Source: a virus
Taxonomy: Duplodnaviria; Caudoviricetes
Reading direction: 5' to 3' (one strand)
Length of the DNA stretch: 60,230 nucleotides
Virus record (IMG/VR): IMGVR_UViG_3300021964_000063
Span: 1-60,230 of that record
A model generated the notes under the pieces. The model made no database searches and had not been told where the DNA came from. It saw nothing but the letters and a program-made list of their open reading frames with translations. Within the stretch, counting starts at the first letter, position 1; each line of letters begins with the position of its first letter. Below are positions 48,236-57,196 of this stretch, one piece after another. A program made the position numbers and the translations under genes.

Positions 48236-48507
48236 AGAAATGCTCTTTCTAATGGAGTTAAGTTCAACTGCATTGCAGAGAAAGGTGTGGTATCATCAAT
48301 ATTTACCACACCACCACGTCTTTTGAAATTGATAGGAGCATGATATTTTTTTGTCCGACGATTATAGAATCCCCATACACTAGACGGATACTTTCCTTCA
48401 GTATATGCAAATGAACCTAGATTACGAATCCATATTCGGACAGTTGTATTGTTGAAGTCTTCTGTCCAGTATTCATAACCCTTTGGTGCTTTGTGAGGGA
48501 ATTCCAT
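48232..48507 (-). CDS. Conserved cyanophage hypothetical protein, 91 aa
   Basis: FPHKAP.GY, VWGFY, TTP.SAMQLNL.PLE. Confidence 0.75.
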   Translation of the reverse strand: MEFPHKAPKGYEYWTEDFNNTTVRIWIRNLGSFAYTEGKYPSSVWGFYNRRTKKYHAPINFKRRGGVVNIDDTTPFSAMQLNLTPLERAFL

Positions 48508-48509
48508 GA

Positions 48510-48662
48510 TTAAAGAGGTCGGATTTGTGTGTTTTTTGCTCCTTGTGATAGAACTAACTGTTCATACCACATAGCATCCTCAAGATTATAAAAGATCGCT
48601 TCCTGTTGCGAGAAATGGGATGTTTTTTTCTTCGATTGTTGGAACTTGAGTAGGTACTTCAC
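48510..48662 (-). CDS. Hypothetical protein, 50 aa (GTG start; MKYLLKFQQSKKK...FYNLEDAMWYE)
   Basis: Read manually; overlaps the 3' end of 48586-48822 in another frame and fills the gap to 48507. Confidence 0.5.
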   Translation of the reverse strand: MKYLLKFQQSKKKTSHFSQQEAIFYNLEDAMWYEQLVLSQGAKNTQIRPL

Positions 48663-48822
48663 CGGTTTTCTTATAATGATATAGTGTATCGAGCATGAGT
48701 TCTCTCCAACCCATCAATTCTTTTTCACAGAACTGATTATAAGCACACCCACGAAGTTTACTATCAGGTTTGAGAATGCTCTCAATCATAAGATCAAGTG
48801 CTCTGGATTGATATTCATTCAT
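48586..48822 (-). CDS. Hypothetical protein, 78 aa
   Basis: ORF track. Confidence 0.65.
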   Translation of the reverse strand: MNEYQSRALDLMIESILKPDSKLRGCAYNQFCEKELMGWRELMLDTLYHYKKTGEVPTQVPTIEEKNIPFLATGSDLL

Positions 48823-49022
48823 AGGTCAAACACTTTACACATTGGAGAACCTGGATGATCATCGCAAAACTTGTCTAGTTTTTTATCTTGATGTCTATTA
48901 TGCCAGTCAGCAATCTTACCATCGTGCTCTGAATCCCATTCATCTTCTGAATGATTCTCATTGCAGTGAAGATCAACTTTGAAATCAGAATACTTATCGT
49001 TTGGGTCTTTTTCGACAGTCAT
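48819..49022 (-). CDS. CP12-like protein (C-terminal CP12 motif)
   Basis: Acidic 67 aa ending LDKFCDDHPGSPMCKVFDL (C-x3-P-x4-C). Confidence 0.65.
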   Translation of the reverse strand: MTVEKDPNDKYSDFKVDLHCNENHSEDEWDSEHDGKIADWHNRHQDKKLDKFCDDHPGSPMCKVFDL

Positions 49023-49027
49023 TTTGT

Positions 49028-49261
49028 TTAAGTAATGAAGTTCGTGACTAATCTAGACTCAGTAGAGTCTAGTAAAGCATATTTAGATGCCCTTGTAATA
49101 TTTTCTCTTAGTTTACCATAGCATCCAATGTTTAGATCATCGTCTTCACAAACAATAATATCAAAACATTGCTCATCACTCTCAGCAATGACATTCCATA
49201 GACCTCCATATTCTGATTGAGGAAATGGAACAAAATGTTCTACACTGTAATAGTACTTCAT
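49028..49261 (-). CDS. Hypothetical protein, 77 aa
   Basis: ORF track; VPFPQSEYGG motif. Confidence 0.7.
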   Translation of the reverse strand: MKYYYSVEHFVPFPQSEYGGLWNVIAESDEQCFDIIVCEDDDLNIGCYGKLRENITRASKYALLDSTESRLVTNFIT

Positions 49262-49452
49262 TACTCCTTATTGGTTTGTGTTTCCATTTTAGCAGTTGTG
49301 ACTAAATTAGTCAACTGCCTATCCAACTCATATTTGATTGGAGACAAATGATTGTACAGATAGTTCTTATATGGATTACCATCCAGTAAAGTAACTAAAT
49401 TGTCCACTTGCATAATAGCAATGGTCAAAACTTCTTCGTCAGTCATACTCAT
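49261..49452 (-). CDS. Hypothetical protein, 63 aa
   Basis: ORF track; TAATG coupling. Confidence 0.7.
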   Translation of the reverse strand: MSMTDEEVLTIAIMQVDNLVTLLDGNPYKNYLYNHLSPIKYELDRQLTNLVTTAKMETQTNKE

Positions 49453-49577
49453 TAAACAAACTCTTCAAGGTAGTAATCAAGATTGACTCCAAGTTCTTTT
49501 GCTTTTTCTTCACATTCTTTGAGGAAGTCATCAAAATCACATGGTTCGATTTCTTCAAGTTTTCGGTTGATACTCAT
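49452..49577 (-). CDS. Hypothetical protein, 41 aa (...GVNLDYYLEEFV)
   Basis: Read manually; TAATG coupling. Confidence 0.6.
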   Translation of the reverse strand: MSINRKLEEIEPCDFDDFLKECEEKAKELGVNLDYYLEEFV

Positions 49578-49716
49578 TTTTCAGTTTGTTTACAAGGTCA
49601 GCAGCAAAGGTTTCAAGTTTATCAGGATGTACGGCACGAATGTCTACATCCTGAACTGCTTTGCGGATAGAAATAACCTCTTGCTCTTTGATTGGTTGAT
49701 TTGTAGGAAGAGTCAT
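49555..49716 (-). CDS. Hypothetical protein, 53 aa (MTLPTNQPIKEQEV...)
   Basis: Read manually; fills the gap. Confidence 0.6.
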   Translation of the reverse strand: MTLPTNQPIKEQEVISIRKAVQDVDIRAVHPDKLETFAADLVNKLKNEYQPKT

Positions 49717-49721
49717 AGGAT

Positions 49722-50072
49722 TTAAGAGAGATCGATGTCGATACCATCATACAATGATTTTGTGGTGGTTTCATCATATTTAAGCATTGCTTCAGACGGT
49801 GCTTCATATTCTGAAACACGGTAAGGATTATCAATTTTGTAGACTTCTCCTACTGTATTGTTCCAAGCACGTTGAGATGCTTTTTGATACTGAGCACAAT
49901 AGACAGGCATAAAAGCATTGAGTGCATGACTAATGTTAACAATCGCCATTTCATCTTGTGTATCAACTGCTGCAACCAAATCCTCAATCATGGATTCAAT
50001 TGTTGTGATACGATTGAATGATTCCTCTAGGTTGTTCATCACTTCCCAGGTCTTGTTGTATGAAATGGTCAT
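49722..50072 (-). CDS. Hypothetical protein, 116 aa
   Basis: ORF track. Confidence 0.7.
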   Translation of the reverse strand: MTISYNKTWEVMNNLEESFNRITTIESMIEDLVAAVDTQDEMAIVNISHALNAFMPVYCAQYQKASQRAWNNTVGEVYKIDNPYRVSEYEAPSEAMLKYDETTTKSLYDGIDIDLS

Positions 50073-50263
50073 TTGATAATCTCCCAGTTTTGATCATTTT
50101 CTTTAGACATCCAGAAGAAGTACCTTCCAGAGATTGAAGCAAGGAACATCTTCTCCTGGTCTTCTTGTTCTACCCTACACGAATGTAAATCATCCATCAG
50201 ATTAGCAAAACGATTCTTTGCTTTGGATGTTTTGGGTTTTACAGTGACGAATTTGGTCTTCAT
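50069..50263 (-). CDS. Conserved cyanophage hypothetical protein, 64 aa
   Basis: KAKNRFANLM, FLASISGRYFFW. Confidence 0.75.
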   Translation of the reverse strand: MKTKFVTVKPKTSKAKNRFANLMDDLHSCRVEQEDQEKMFLASISGRYFFWMSKENDQNWEIIK

Positions 50264-50309
50264 TGATTTAGTAATCTAGAACTTGATCTTCAAAGGCGAC
50301 AAACCTAGT

Positions 50310-50654
50310 CTATTGGTGATTGACTAATTTGTCAAGGTTCTGGTCTTCACTCATATAGGCACACATCTCACATTGAGGCATACCGTTGAGATATTGATAC
50401 ACATGATACATTTCATGTAACAGTGTTTTAGTGTACTCATCACCAGTGAGATCCTGATGGATTTGAATAGTAAACTCGCCTTCTCCTGTCTTAAGACACC
50501 ATCCAGTTACACCCTCATCTGAAAGGTCTTTGTGCTCTACTGTAAGGTCTAATCCGTGGTCAGACAGGTATTCCATAAGAAACCATTCTAAAGCACCAGT
50601 ACAGGCGCTTATAGAGGTCTCAGGGATGATTTCAATACAATGCATTGATAGCAA
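50310..50654 (-). CDS. Small zincin-like metallopeptidase
   Basis: TLLHEMYH.YQ (HExxH) with downstream E..AY. Confidence 0.65.
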   Translation of the reverse strand: MLSMHCIEIIPETSISACTGALEWFLMEYLSDHGLDLTVEHKDLSDEGVTGWCLKTGEGEFTIQIHQDLTGDEYTKTLLHEMYHVYQYLNGMPQCEMCAYMSEDQNLDKLVNHQ

Positions 50655-50730
50655 GCGAAGTTACACGGGTTCCCCACTGCATCATCCATATAAAAGATGC
50701 AATAAAGACGAGTTTGTGTGTGGTGGTCAT
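50632..50730 (-). CDS. Hydrophobic peptide, 32 aa (MTTTHKLVFIASFIWMMQWG...)
   Basis: Read manually; first ORF after the 57-bp element. Confidence 0.5.
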   Translation of the reverse strand: MTTTHKLVFIASFIWMMQWGTRVTSLAINALY

Positions 50731-50755
50731 GCCCCTGTGTCTTGTATGTACCTAC

Positions 50756-50812
50756 TATAAAACCCCACAGTTGCCTGCGGGGTCTTGAGTGGACAGTTCT
50801 AAAAGTGGTTAA
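50756..50812 (-). terminator. 57-bp repeat copy A: GCAA-tetraloop hairpin terminator with an overlapping -10-like TATAGT
   Basis: - strand GACCCCGCAG-GCAA-CTGTGGGGTT-TTATAGT; near-identical to 57140-57196. Confidence 0.7.
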
Positions 50813-51822
50813 ACTCTATACCTGACTACCACAATACCTGAAGATCCATTACCAGCTCTAGTAAAACCAGTGTTTCTTTTATCACATCCACCACCACCAG
50901 ATCCAGTGTTAGAAAGTGCGTCCAAATCAGCAGTTGGTGCTGATCCTGGGCTTGTGTGATTTCTCTGACCTCTACCACCAATACCAGATTGTCTAGGTGT
51001 AACACCAGCAGCACCATTCACTCCACCACCAGATCCACCTGCAGCATAAAATGAAGATATACCAGTTATATTATATTGTGTACCAACACCTGCATTATTG
51101 GCATACGCAACCGGTGGTGAGACATACGCTACTCCAGCACCACCGGCACCACCTCCACCGGCACCTCCTGTTGGAGCTCCTGTTCCTCCAGGATAACCCT
51201 GGAAAGTAGGAGTTCCTGCATCAATACCTGCGCCACCTGAAAGACTACTGTAAGCACCACCACCACCTGAACCACCACCTCCACCGACAGCAACGTATCC
51301 ACCAGCACCACCATTTCCACCACCAGCAGCAACAATTCCAGTACCAATTGTTATAGATGATGCAGAACCAACTGTTCCTCCACCAGAAGCTGGACCACCA
51401 TCACCACCACCACCAACAGTTACAATAAAACTACCTATAGATGCAGTATATTCCGTAGGGACATTTTGAATTGCTGATCCAGTTAAATTAGTACGAACAC
51501 CTCCAGCACCTCCAGCACCACAATAGTAACCGCCGCCACCACCGCCACCACCGCCAACAACTAAGATATCAAGAGAATTGGATTGACCAATAGCCAAAGA
51601 ACTTACATCAAAAGTTCCTGTTGAATTAAAAGTATGTGACCTATATTTAACTCCACTATCAGTATAATCATTAATAATGTTACCACCAGATGCTGTTAGT
51701 CCTGTAGGTTTTTGGTTTGCTGCTCCTCCGCCAGCACTAAAACTATTTCTAAAATATTCTGAGAGGTGTCCATCAGTCTGGTTAAGACCTGGACCTCTAC
51801 TTTGTGAAGATCGTGCTCCCAT
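50809..51822 (-). CDS. Glycine-rich fibre/receptor-binding-like protein (module 3)
   Basis: ASGG..YRSHTF, DILVVGGGGGGG, C-terminal G.SGIVVVRY. Confidence 0.75.
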   Translation of the reverse strand: MGARSSQSRGPGLNQTDGHLSEYFRNSFSAGGGAANQKPTGLTASGGNIINDYTDSGVKYRSHTFNSTGTFDVSSLAIGQSNSLDILVVGGGGGGGGGYYCGAGGAGGVRTNLTGSAIQNVPTEYTASIGSFIVTVGGGGDGGPASGGGTVGSASSITIGTGIVAAGGGNGGAGGYVAVGGGGGSGGGGAYSSLSGGAGIDAGTPTFQGYPGGTGAPTGGAGGGGAGGAGVAYVSPPVAYANNAGVGTQYNITGISSFYAAGGSGGGVNGAAGVTPRQSGIGGRGQRNHTSPGSAPTADLDALSNTGSGGGGCDKRNTGFTRAGNGSSGIVVVRYRV

Positions 51823-51833
51823 TTTTAATTACC

Positions 51834-52241
51834 TCAGATATCCGTATCACCAAGGATTTGATAGTTGATAGCACTACCAATACCTGCTCCTCCAACTGTT
51901 GATGCTGGTTGTGTAACTTCTACAACAATCTTTTCTTGATTTACCAGAACCAATGGATAGTTCATCTCATAGAAGAATGTTTCATTAGAACTTAAATCAA
52001 CTCTTGCTAATCTATATGCCGTCTGCCCTACCGATACATCACTTACACTGCTTGGATATACATAAAGTGATGAAGTTGCAGTAGAAAGTCCAGTATTATG
52101 CATTACCACACCTCTCAGGTATGTGGTTGATGCAATACCAACTCCACCGGCAGTTTGAGTCACTCCGACAGTCAAAATACCAACGGTGTTAATTCCAGTA
52201 ACTGCCTGAATTCCTAATAGTTTAGTTCTTTTGAGTCCCAT
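51834..52241 (-). CDS. Virion structural protein, 135 aa (paralogue of 58145-58483)
   Basis: ET...E..YP.VL motif, C-terminal N..I.GD. Confidence 0.65.
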   Translation of the reverse strand: MGLKRTKLLGIQAVTGINTVGILTVGVTQTAGGVGIASTTYLRGVVMHNTGLSTATSSLYVYPSSVSDVSVGQTAYRLARVDLSSNETFFYEMNYPLVLVNQEKIVVEVTQPASTVGGAGIGSAINYQILGDTDI

Positions 52242-52250
52242 TGGTATATC

Positions 52251-52265
52251 TTTTTAGTTATTTAG
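52251..52265 (-). promoter_or_regulatory. Late promoter CTAAATAACTAAAAA
   Basis: Extended motif shared with 52959-52973, 57073-57087 and 58492-58506. Confidence 0.65.
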
Positions 52266-52951
52266 TTAAACAATGCTGCATCAAGTTCAGTGAACCCTGC
52301 AGGAATATTAATATTAGTGAGTGTGGATCCATCACCATGAAATATAGTTGCTGTAATAGATGAACCAGCACTAATGCTTCCAGTAGCAGTAATACTGCCA
52401 GATACATTTTGATCAAGCAATGTTGCTGTAATGATACCACTTACAACAATACCTTTAGGGAAGTTTGGAGCACCATTTCCTGACTTATCAGAGAAGTTAT
52501 CAGCACGAATTCTACCACCACCACCTGCTAATACTCCAGGAACCTGAACATCTGTTGAAAGTCCGAGAATATCAGGGACAAAATCATCACCATCATCAAT
52601 AATGAAATCAGCACCTGTTTCTACAACTACTTCTTGATATTGTGTATATGCTACCTTAGCATTTTCAGGAACGGTAACAGTAATAGTATTGGGGACGCTT
52701 ATTACTTCATCAGTAAAATATATTACATCACCAGGAGCAGTTTCACTTATGGCAGTTCCAAGTCCAGCACTTGCTACACCATCAAGATTAGAACCATCAC
52801 CATAAAACGCAGTTGCGCTAACGATACCTACTACATCAAGTGTGGATGTTGGTAGAGTTGAAGCAATACCAACTCTATCATTTACATTATTAACCGTTAA
52901 AGCATCTCCTGATGCAATGTCGGCTAAAAGTGCTGCTTTAGATAAAGTCAT
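52262..52951 (-). CDS. Tail-fibre-like protein, 229 aa
   Basis: RVGIAST.P..TLDV.G, FYGDGS.L, RIRADNF...G.GAP motifs. Confidence 0.7.
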   Translation of the reverse strand: MTLSKAALLADIASGDALTVNNVNDRVGIASTLPTSTLDVVGIVSATAFYGDGSNLDGVASAGLGTAISETAPGDVIYFTDEVISVPNTITVTVPENAKVAYTQYQEVVVETGADFIIDDGDDFVPDILGLSTDVQVPGVLAGGGGRIRADNFSDKSGNGAPNFPKGIVVSGIITATLLDQNVSGSITATGSISAGSSITATIFHGDGSTLTNINIPAGFTELDAALFN

Positions 52952-52958
52952 TATTATC

Positions 52959-52973
52959 TTTTTAGTTATTTAG
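52959..52973 (-). promoter_or_regulatory. Late promoter CTAAATAACTAAAAA
   Basis: Upstream of ATG 52951. Confidence 0.65.
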
Positions 52974-53002
52974 TTGACAAAACACCTTACATTTGATATA
53001 TT
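52974..53002 (+). promoter_or_regulatory. Sigma70 promoter TTGACA-17-TATATT for the sulfotransferase
   Basis: ttgacaaaacaccttacatttgatatatt, 13 nt before the GTG start. Confidence 0.65.
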
Positions 53003-53015
53003 ATAGAATAAAACT

Positions 53016-53828
53016 GTGAAACAATATTATTTTTTAATTGGTGCCCCAAGAACTGGCAATACTTTACTATCATCCATCCTAAATCAAAACCCAGATGTAA
53101 AGGTTTCTGCTTATAGTTTTTTGGATCAACATTTATATCAAACTGCATTGTTCTCATATTCAGAAAAATATAAAAACTTTCCAGATAGCAACTCTTTAAG
53201 TAATCTGATAAATGGTAGTTTTGATTGCTACTATAAAGACTGGGATGCAAAATATATTATTGATCGTGGAGAGTGGGGAACACCTTCCAACATCCATTTA
53301 CTTCAACAGATAATTAAAGGTGACATTAAAGTTATTTGCACAGTTCGTGATATTGTAGAAATTATTGCTTCATTTATTAAAGTTTCTCCAGACAGATGGA
53401 GAAAGGAATTAGAGAAGGAGATACAAAGTAATTTAAGATATAATCAAAGTTATAAGTCCGAGTTAGAGTTACTCTGTGAAGTGATTATGAGACCAACAGG
53501 TCAGATTGAAACTGCTTTATTTGGATTAAATAATCTTTTTTATAATCACAGAGATATTTTGCATATAGTTGAATATAATGATTTAGTGGATAATACTGAG
53601 CAGACTATTAAGGGAATTTATAATTTTTTAAACATTGAGCACTATCCTCATAAATTTAATTATATAAATCAATTTGAAGTCAATGGTGTAAAATATGATG
53701 ATAGTATTTGGGGATCTGACTTACACAAACTCAATAAGAAAATAAAGCATTCAAACTATAAAGTTGAGGATATTCTTACACCTAAGTTGATTAGTAAATA
53801 TTCAAACATGGAGTTTTGGCGAGACTGA
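53016..53828 (+). CDS. Sulfotransferase family protein
   Basis: GAPRTGNTLLSSILNQNP (5'-PSB loop), RDI.EI.AS (3'-PB), VEYNDLV; only credible + strand gene. Confidence 0.85.
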   Translation: MKQYYFLIGAPRTGNTLLSSILNQNPDVKVSAYSFLDQHLYQTALFSYSEKYKNFPDSNSLSNLINGSFDCYYKDWDAKYIIDRGEWGTPSNIHLLQQIIKGDIKVICTVRDIVEIIASFIKVSPDRWRKELEKEIQSNLRYNQSYKSELELLCEVIMRPTGQIETALFGLNNLFYNHRDILHIVEYNDLVDNTEQTIKGIYNFLNIEHYPHKFNYINQFEVNGVKYDDSIWGSDLHKLNKKIKHSNYKVEDILTPKLISKYSNMEFWRD

Positions 53829-55269
53829 TAAGTTTTCCTATCTCGGGCAAATACAAATAATTAATATCACTCTTCTTGAGTGTTCTGATGGCATCATCAA
53901 ATGTCTCAACCAATGGTTCTCCTCCTAAATTGAATGATGTGTTCAATAGGATGGGAACCTTTGTTTTATGTTTGAATGCTTTAATAAGATTATAGAAGTG
54001 CTTATTCTGTTTCTTAGTGACAGTCTGTATCCTACATGTGTTATCAACATGTACTACAGCATCAATGCCAGTTCTCTTTACTTTGACTGCATATTGCATA
54101 TATGAGCAATCTTTGAGCCCTCTCATATCAAACCATTCATTAGCATCTTCTAGTAAAACTGTCCCAGCAAAAGGTCTGAATGATTCTCTTTGCTTAATTT
54201 GATTTACAATATCTCTACCATTTTCAACTCTTGGGTCATATAATAAAGATCTATTACCTAATGCTCTCTGTCCTGCTTCTGACCTGCCCTGAAACATAGC
54301 AACTACTTCACCATCACACAATATATCCACAACATCAGAATAAGATACTCTTCTATGATTCAATCCATCTAGTTTATATCCCTTCTCTCTCAAACCAACA
54401 TAAAAGTTGTTCATTGGTTTGGGGTTCTTTGCATGATAATATGCTTGACCTATTGAAATGCCCGCATCAAAACATACAGGGTCAATGTAGAAGTTGTAAT
54501 CGGGGAAATGTTTTAGATATTCATAGTTTGCCACACAGTTCAATCCATACCCACCAGACAATACAATATTCTTTGTGTCATACTTCTGGGTGCTCTTTTC
54601 AATTAGAGCAATAACTTCTTCTTGTGTGGATCTTTGAACCTCACTACATTGATTAAGATGTTTTAACCACTCATTATCTAGTTTATTCTCATAACCTGTG
54701 TATTGTGCAAGACCCATAACTTTTCCTGCGCCATACCAATCAAAACCTATTTGTTTTGATAAGGTCTCAAATTGATAAGAAACACTGGTTGGTTGATTAT
54801 CTCCAGGTGTAATAGAATATCTTTTTGTTTCTTCTACAATACCATTTCTGTCAGCATAATAAACACTTTCAATTTCAGTGTAGAGTTTGCCATCTCTTGA
54901 TACTGAAGATCCATGCCCATCTAAAATTATACAAATCGCATCATTGAAATGTGAATTATAAAAACCACTATATGCATGGTAGATGTGATGTCTTTCATAA
55001 TCAAATTCTATTCTTTTAATTTGAAACTCTTTTTTGAATAATCTTCTAAGAGGATCTTCAAACTTTCTATCATCAAGACGATATAAGTTAACTAAGACAA
55101 CATCAAATTTTGTGTGTCCATGCTTGTGTAGATATTTAAGCACATGGATAATTCTATCACAGTGTTTCTTTCTAGTGATTCTCTCTGTTGATAGATAAAA
55201 AGAAACTCTCCCGTTCTCTAGGATTGTTGCAGAAGCATCATGTCCTATTGAAAAAGAGAGTATTCTCAT
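53791..55269 (-). CDS. Carbamoyltransferase (NodU/CmcH family)
   Basis: GHDAS, ER.TR.KH, HH..HA, GKVMGLA, SGG..LNC..N, E.G.RALGNRS, RE.FRPFA, LNTSFN..GEPLV. Confidence 0.92.
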   Translation of the reverse strand: MRILSFSIGHDASATILENGRVSFYLSTERITRKKHCDRIIHVLKYLHKHGHTKFDVVLVNLYRLDDRKFEDPLRRLFKKEFQIKRIEFDYERHHIYHAYSGFYNSHFNDAICIILDGHGSSVSRDGKLYTEIESVYYADRNGIVEETKRYSITPGDNQPTSVSYQFETLSKQIGFDWYGAGKVMGLAQYTGYENKLDNEWLKHLNQCSEVQRSTQEEVIALIEKSTQKYDTKNIVLSGGYGLNCVANYEYLKHFPDYNFYIDPVCFDAGISIGQAYYHAKNPKPMNNFYVGLREKGYKLDGLNHRRVSYSDVVDILCDGEVVAMFQGRSEAGQRALGNRSLLYDPRVENGRDIVNQIKQRESFRPFAGTVLLEDANEWFDMRGLKDCSYMQYAVKVKRTGIDAVVHVDNTCRIQTVTKKQNKHFYNLIKAFKHKTKVPILLNTSFNLGGEPLVETFDDAIRTLKKSDINYLYLPEIGKLISLAKTPCLNIY

Positions 55270-55299
55270 AATAAAAACTATATTGACTATATTATAGCA

Positions 55300-56301
55300 T
55301 CATACTGGAACTCTGACCATTACACACCCAGACCCACCTAAACCACCATTACCTCTTGGATTTCCTGATCCACCGCCGCCACCACCTAAGTGGTATCTCG
55401 CTGCAGGATTGGCCACATTACCAGGACTACCAGCACCACCGCCACCAAAACCACCAGACGCGCCAGATGGGTAGTTGTATCCCGATCCACCACCACCATA
55501 ATAATCAGTGGTTGGTCCCATTAATGGTATAGAAGCAGCAATAGTTGGAATTAGTGGACCCGCAAATTGAGGAACGGCAACACCAACACCACCTGCAAAT
55601 GTGCTAGCGCCAGCACCACCACCAGCACCATCTCCTCCATACATGGTCGGTGACACAGTTGGTCTGGAGTGTATATTTACTGTCCAAGTTCCATATGGTT
55701 GATAAGGAGTTGGTACTGTATATGGATTAGATGTTCCAGAAGTAGTATATGAAGCTGCCCCGCCACCAGCATTACTACCGGTAGTTGACCCAGGTTCTCC
55801 ACCACCACCCGGACCAGAACCACCAAAACCACCACCAAGAAGGATTATATCACCAAAAACACTTCTTCCTCCATCACTTCCAGAAGATGGACCTGGTGGA
55901 AACAATCCCTTCGATCCTTGACAAGCAACTTCAATATTGTAAGTTCCTTCCGGTAAGTCTAAACCTGTTCCAACAATAACGCCACTACCGCCGCCGCCAC
56001 CTCCATAATATCCTGATCCACCGCCACCACCACCAGCAACAACTAAAACATCACAATTTGCGATGGGTCCACCTGAAATTTGAAATCCACCACTAATAGG
56101 ATCTGGGGAGGTAGCAGTATTTGCAGAACTATGAACAAAGACATGGTAGTTATATCCATTACCTGGAGTATGAACTGTTCCACCACTAGCACCAGCACCA
56201 CCACCACCACCTATAGCAAGTCCAGTTCCTCCACCACCAAATCCAAGCATAGAAAGGATTGGAGATTGCTTTACATGAAAGAAATTGTTAAAAACTGACA
56301 T
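55300..56301 (-). CDS. Glycine-rich fibre/receptor-binding-like protein (module 2)
   Basis: ASGG...PG.GY.YHVF, DVLVVAGGGGGG, GGSG.V.VR. Confidence 0.75.
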   Translation of the reverse strand: MSVFNNFFHVKQSPILSMLGFGGGGTGLAIGGGGGAGASGGTVHTPGNGYNYHVFVHSSANTATSPDPISGGFQISGGPIANCDVLVVAGGGGGGSGYYGGGGGGSGVIVGTGLDLPEGTYNIEVACQGSKGLFPPGPSSGSDGGRSVFGDIILLGGGFGGSGPGGGGEPGSTTGSNAGGGAASYTTSGTSNPYTVPTPYQPYGTWTVNIHSRPTVSPTMYGGDGAGGGAGASTFAGGVGVAVPQFAGPLIPTIAASIPLMGPTTDYYGGGGSGYNYPSGASGGFGGGGAGSPGNVANPAARYHLGGGGGGSGNPRGNGGLGGSGCVMVRVPV

Positions 56302-56313
56302 TAATTATCCTCC

Positions 56314-57063
56314 TCAAGAAGTCTTACTGTGATTAGCAATTACGGTAAATGTTGCGTCTGCCGTCTTGATAATAGTGAAGGAATGAATATCTACACCTGA
56401 ACTTCCACCATCAGATGGGGCACTACCACCAACCCAGTTTTCTGTTACCGCACTACCATCAATGGTAATGTTTGCAGAATAAGCAGCAGCTGCTGCTGTT
56501 GTGATGAGTGTTGCGACGACACTTTCTCCAATTGCCATCACACTATTCAATGATGTTGATCCATCTACTCTAATATTCGGTGTTGATGTTGTTGTCTCTG
56601 TTGTTGTAAACAGATGAACCATACCATTAGCAAGGTCAATATTGAGATTATCACTCAACTTACCAGCAGTTACATTAACTTTCTCTCTTAAAGTTCCATT
56701 CAGGTCAATACCTGATGCTGCTGTAGTAACTCCAACGATATTAGCACCACCAGCAAGAACTTTAATACCAGTTCGGGCAGTTACAATACCAACTGAATCT
56801 ATATTCTTTACGTCTTCGTATGTAAGTGTACCACCAACAGATACATTTCCACTAAATGTACCAGTGGTTCCTGTTACTGAACCAACTACAATACTTGGTG
56901 TTCCAGTTAATCCCTGAGCATTAGTTGCCGAGGTAGCATTACCACTTAATGTCCCACTAAACGTGGTTGCAGTTGCCACACCAGTTACAACTGCTCCGTT
57001 AGGAAATAGAGGAGCGCCTGAACCTCCTTTGTCTACATATCTGTCTGCTCTTACTCTAGACAT
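56314..57063 (-). CDS. Tail-fibre-like protein, 249 aa
   Basis: MSRVRAD, GNVSVGGTLTYEDV.NIDSVG.VTAR. Confidence 0.75.
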   Translation of the reverse strand: MSRVRADRYVDKGGSGAPLFPNGAVVTGVATATTFSGTLSGNATSATNAQGLTGTPSIVVGSVTGTTGTFSGNVSVGGTLTYEDVKNIDSVGIVTARTGIKVLAGGANIVGVTTAASGIDLNGTLREKVNVTAGKLSDNLNIDLANGMVHLFTTTETTTSTPNIRVDGSTSLNSVMAIGESVVATLITTAAAAAYSANITIDGSAVTENWVGGSAPSDGGSSGVDIHSFTIIKTADATFTVIANHSKTS

Positions 57064-57072
57064 GAGTTTATA

Positions 57073-57087
57073 TTTTTAGTTATTTAT
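57073..57087 (-). promoter_or_regulatory. Late promoter ATAAATAACTAAAAA
   Basis: Upstream of ATG 57063. Confidence 0.65.
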
Positions 57088-57139
57088 GCTTCATATCTGG
57101 TATTAATACCAATACCAAAACAACCAGATATTAATTTAT

Positions 57140-57196
57140 TATAAAACCTCACAGTTGCCTGCGAGGTCTTGAGTGGACAGTTCTAAAAGTGGTTAA
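57140..57196 (-). terminator. 57-bp repeat copy B: GCAA-tetraloop hairpin terminator
   Basis: Differs from copy A by a compensatory pair change in the stem (cccc/gggg vs cctc/gagg). Confidence 0.7.
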
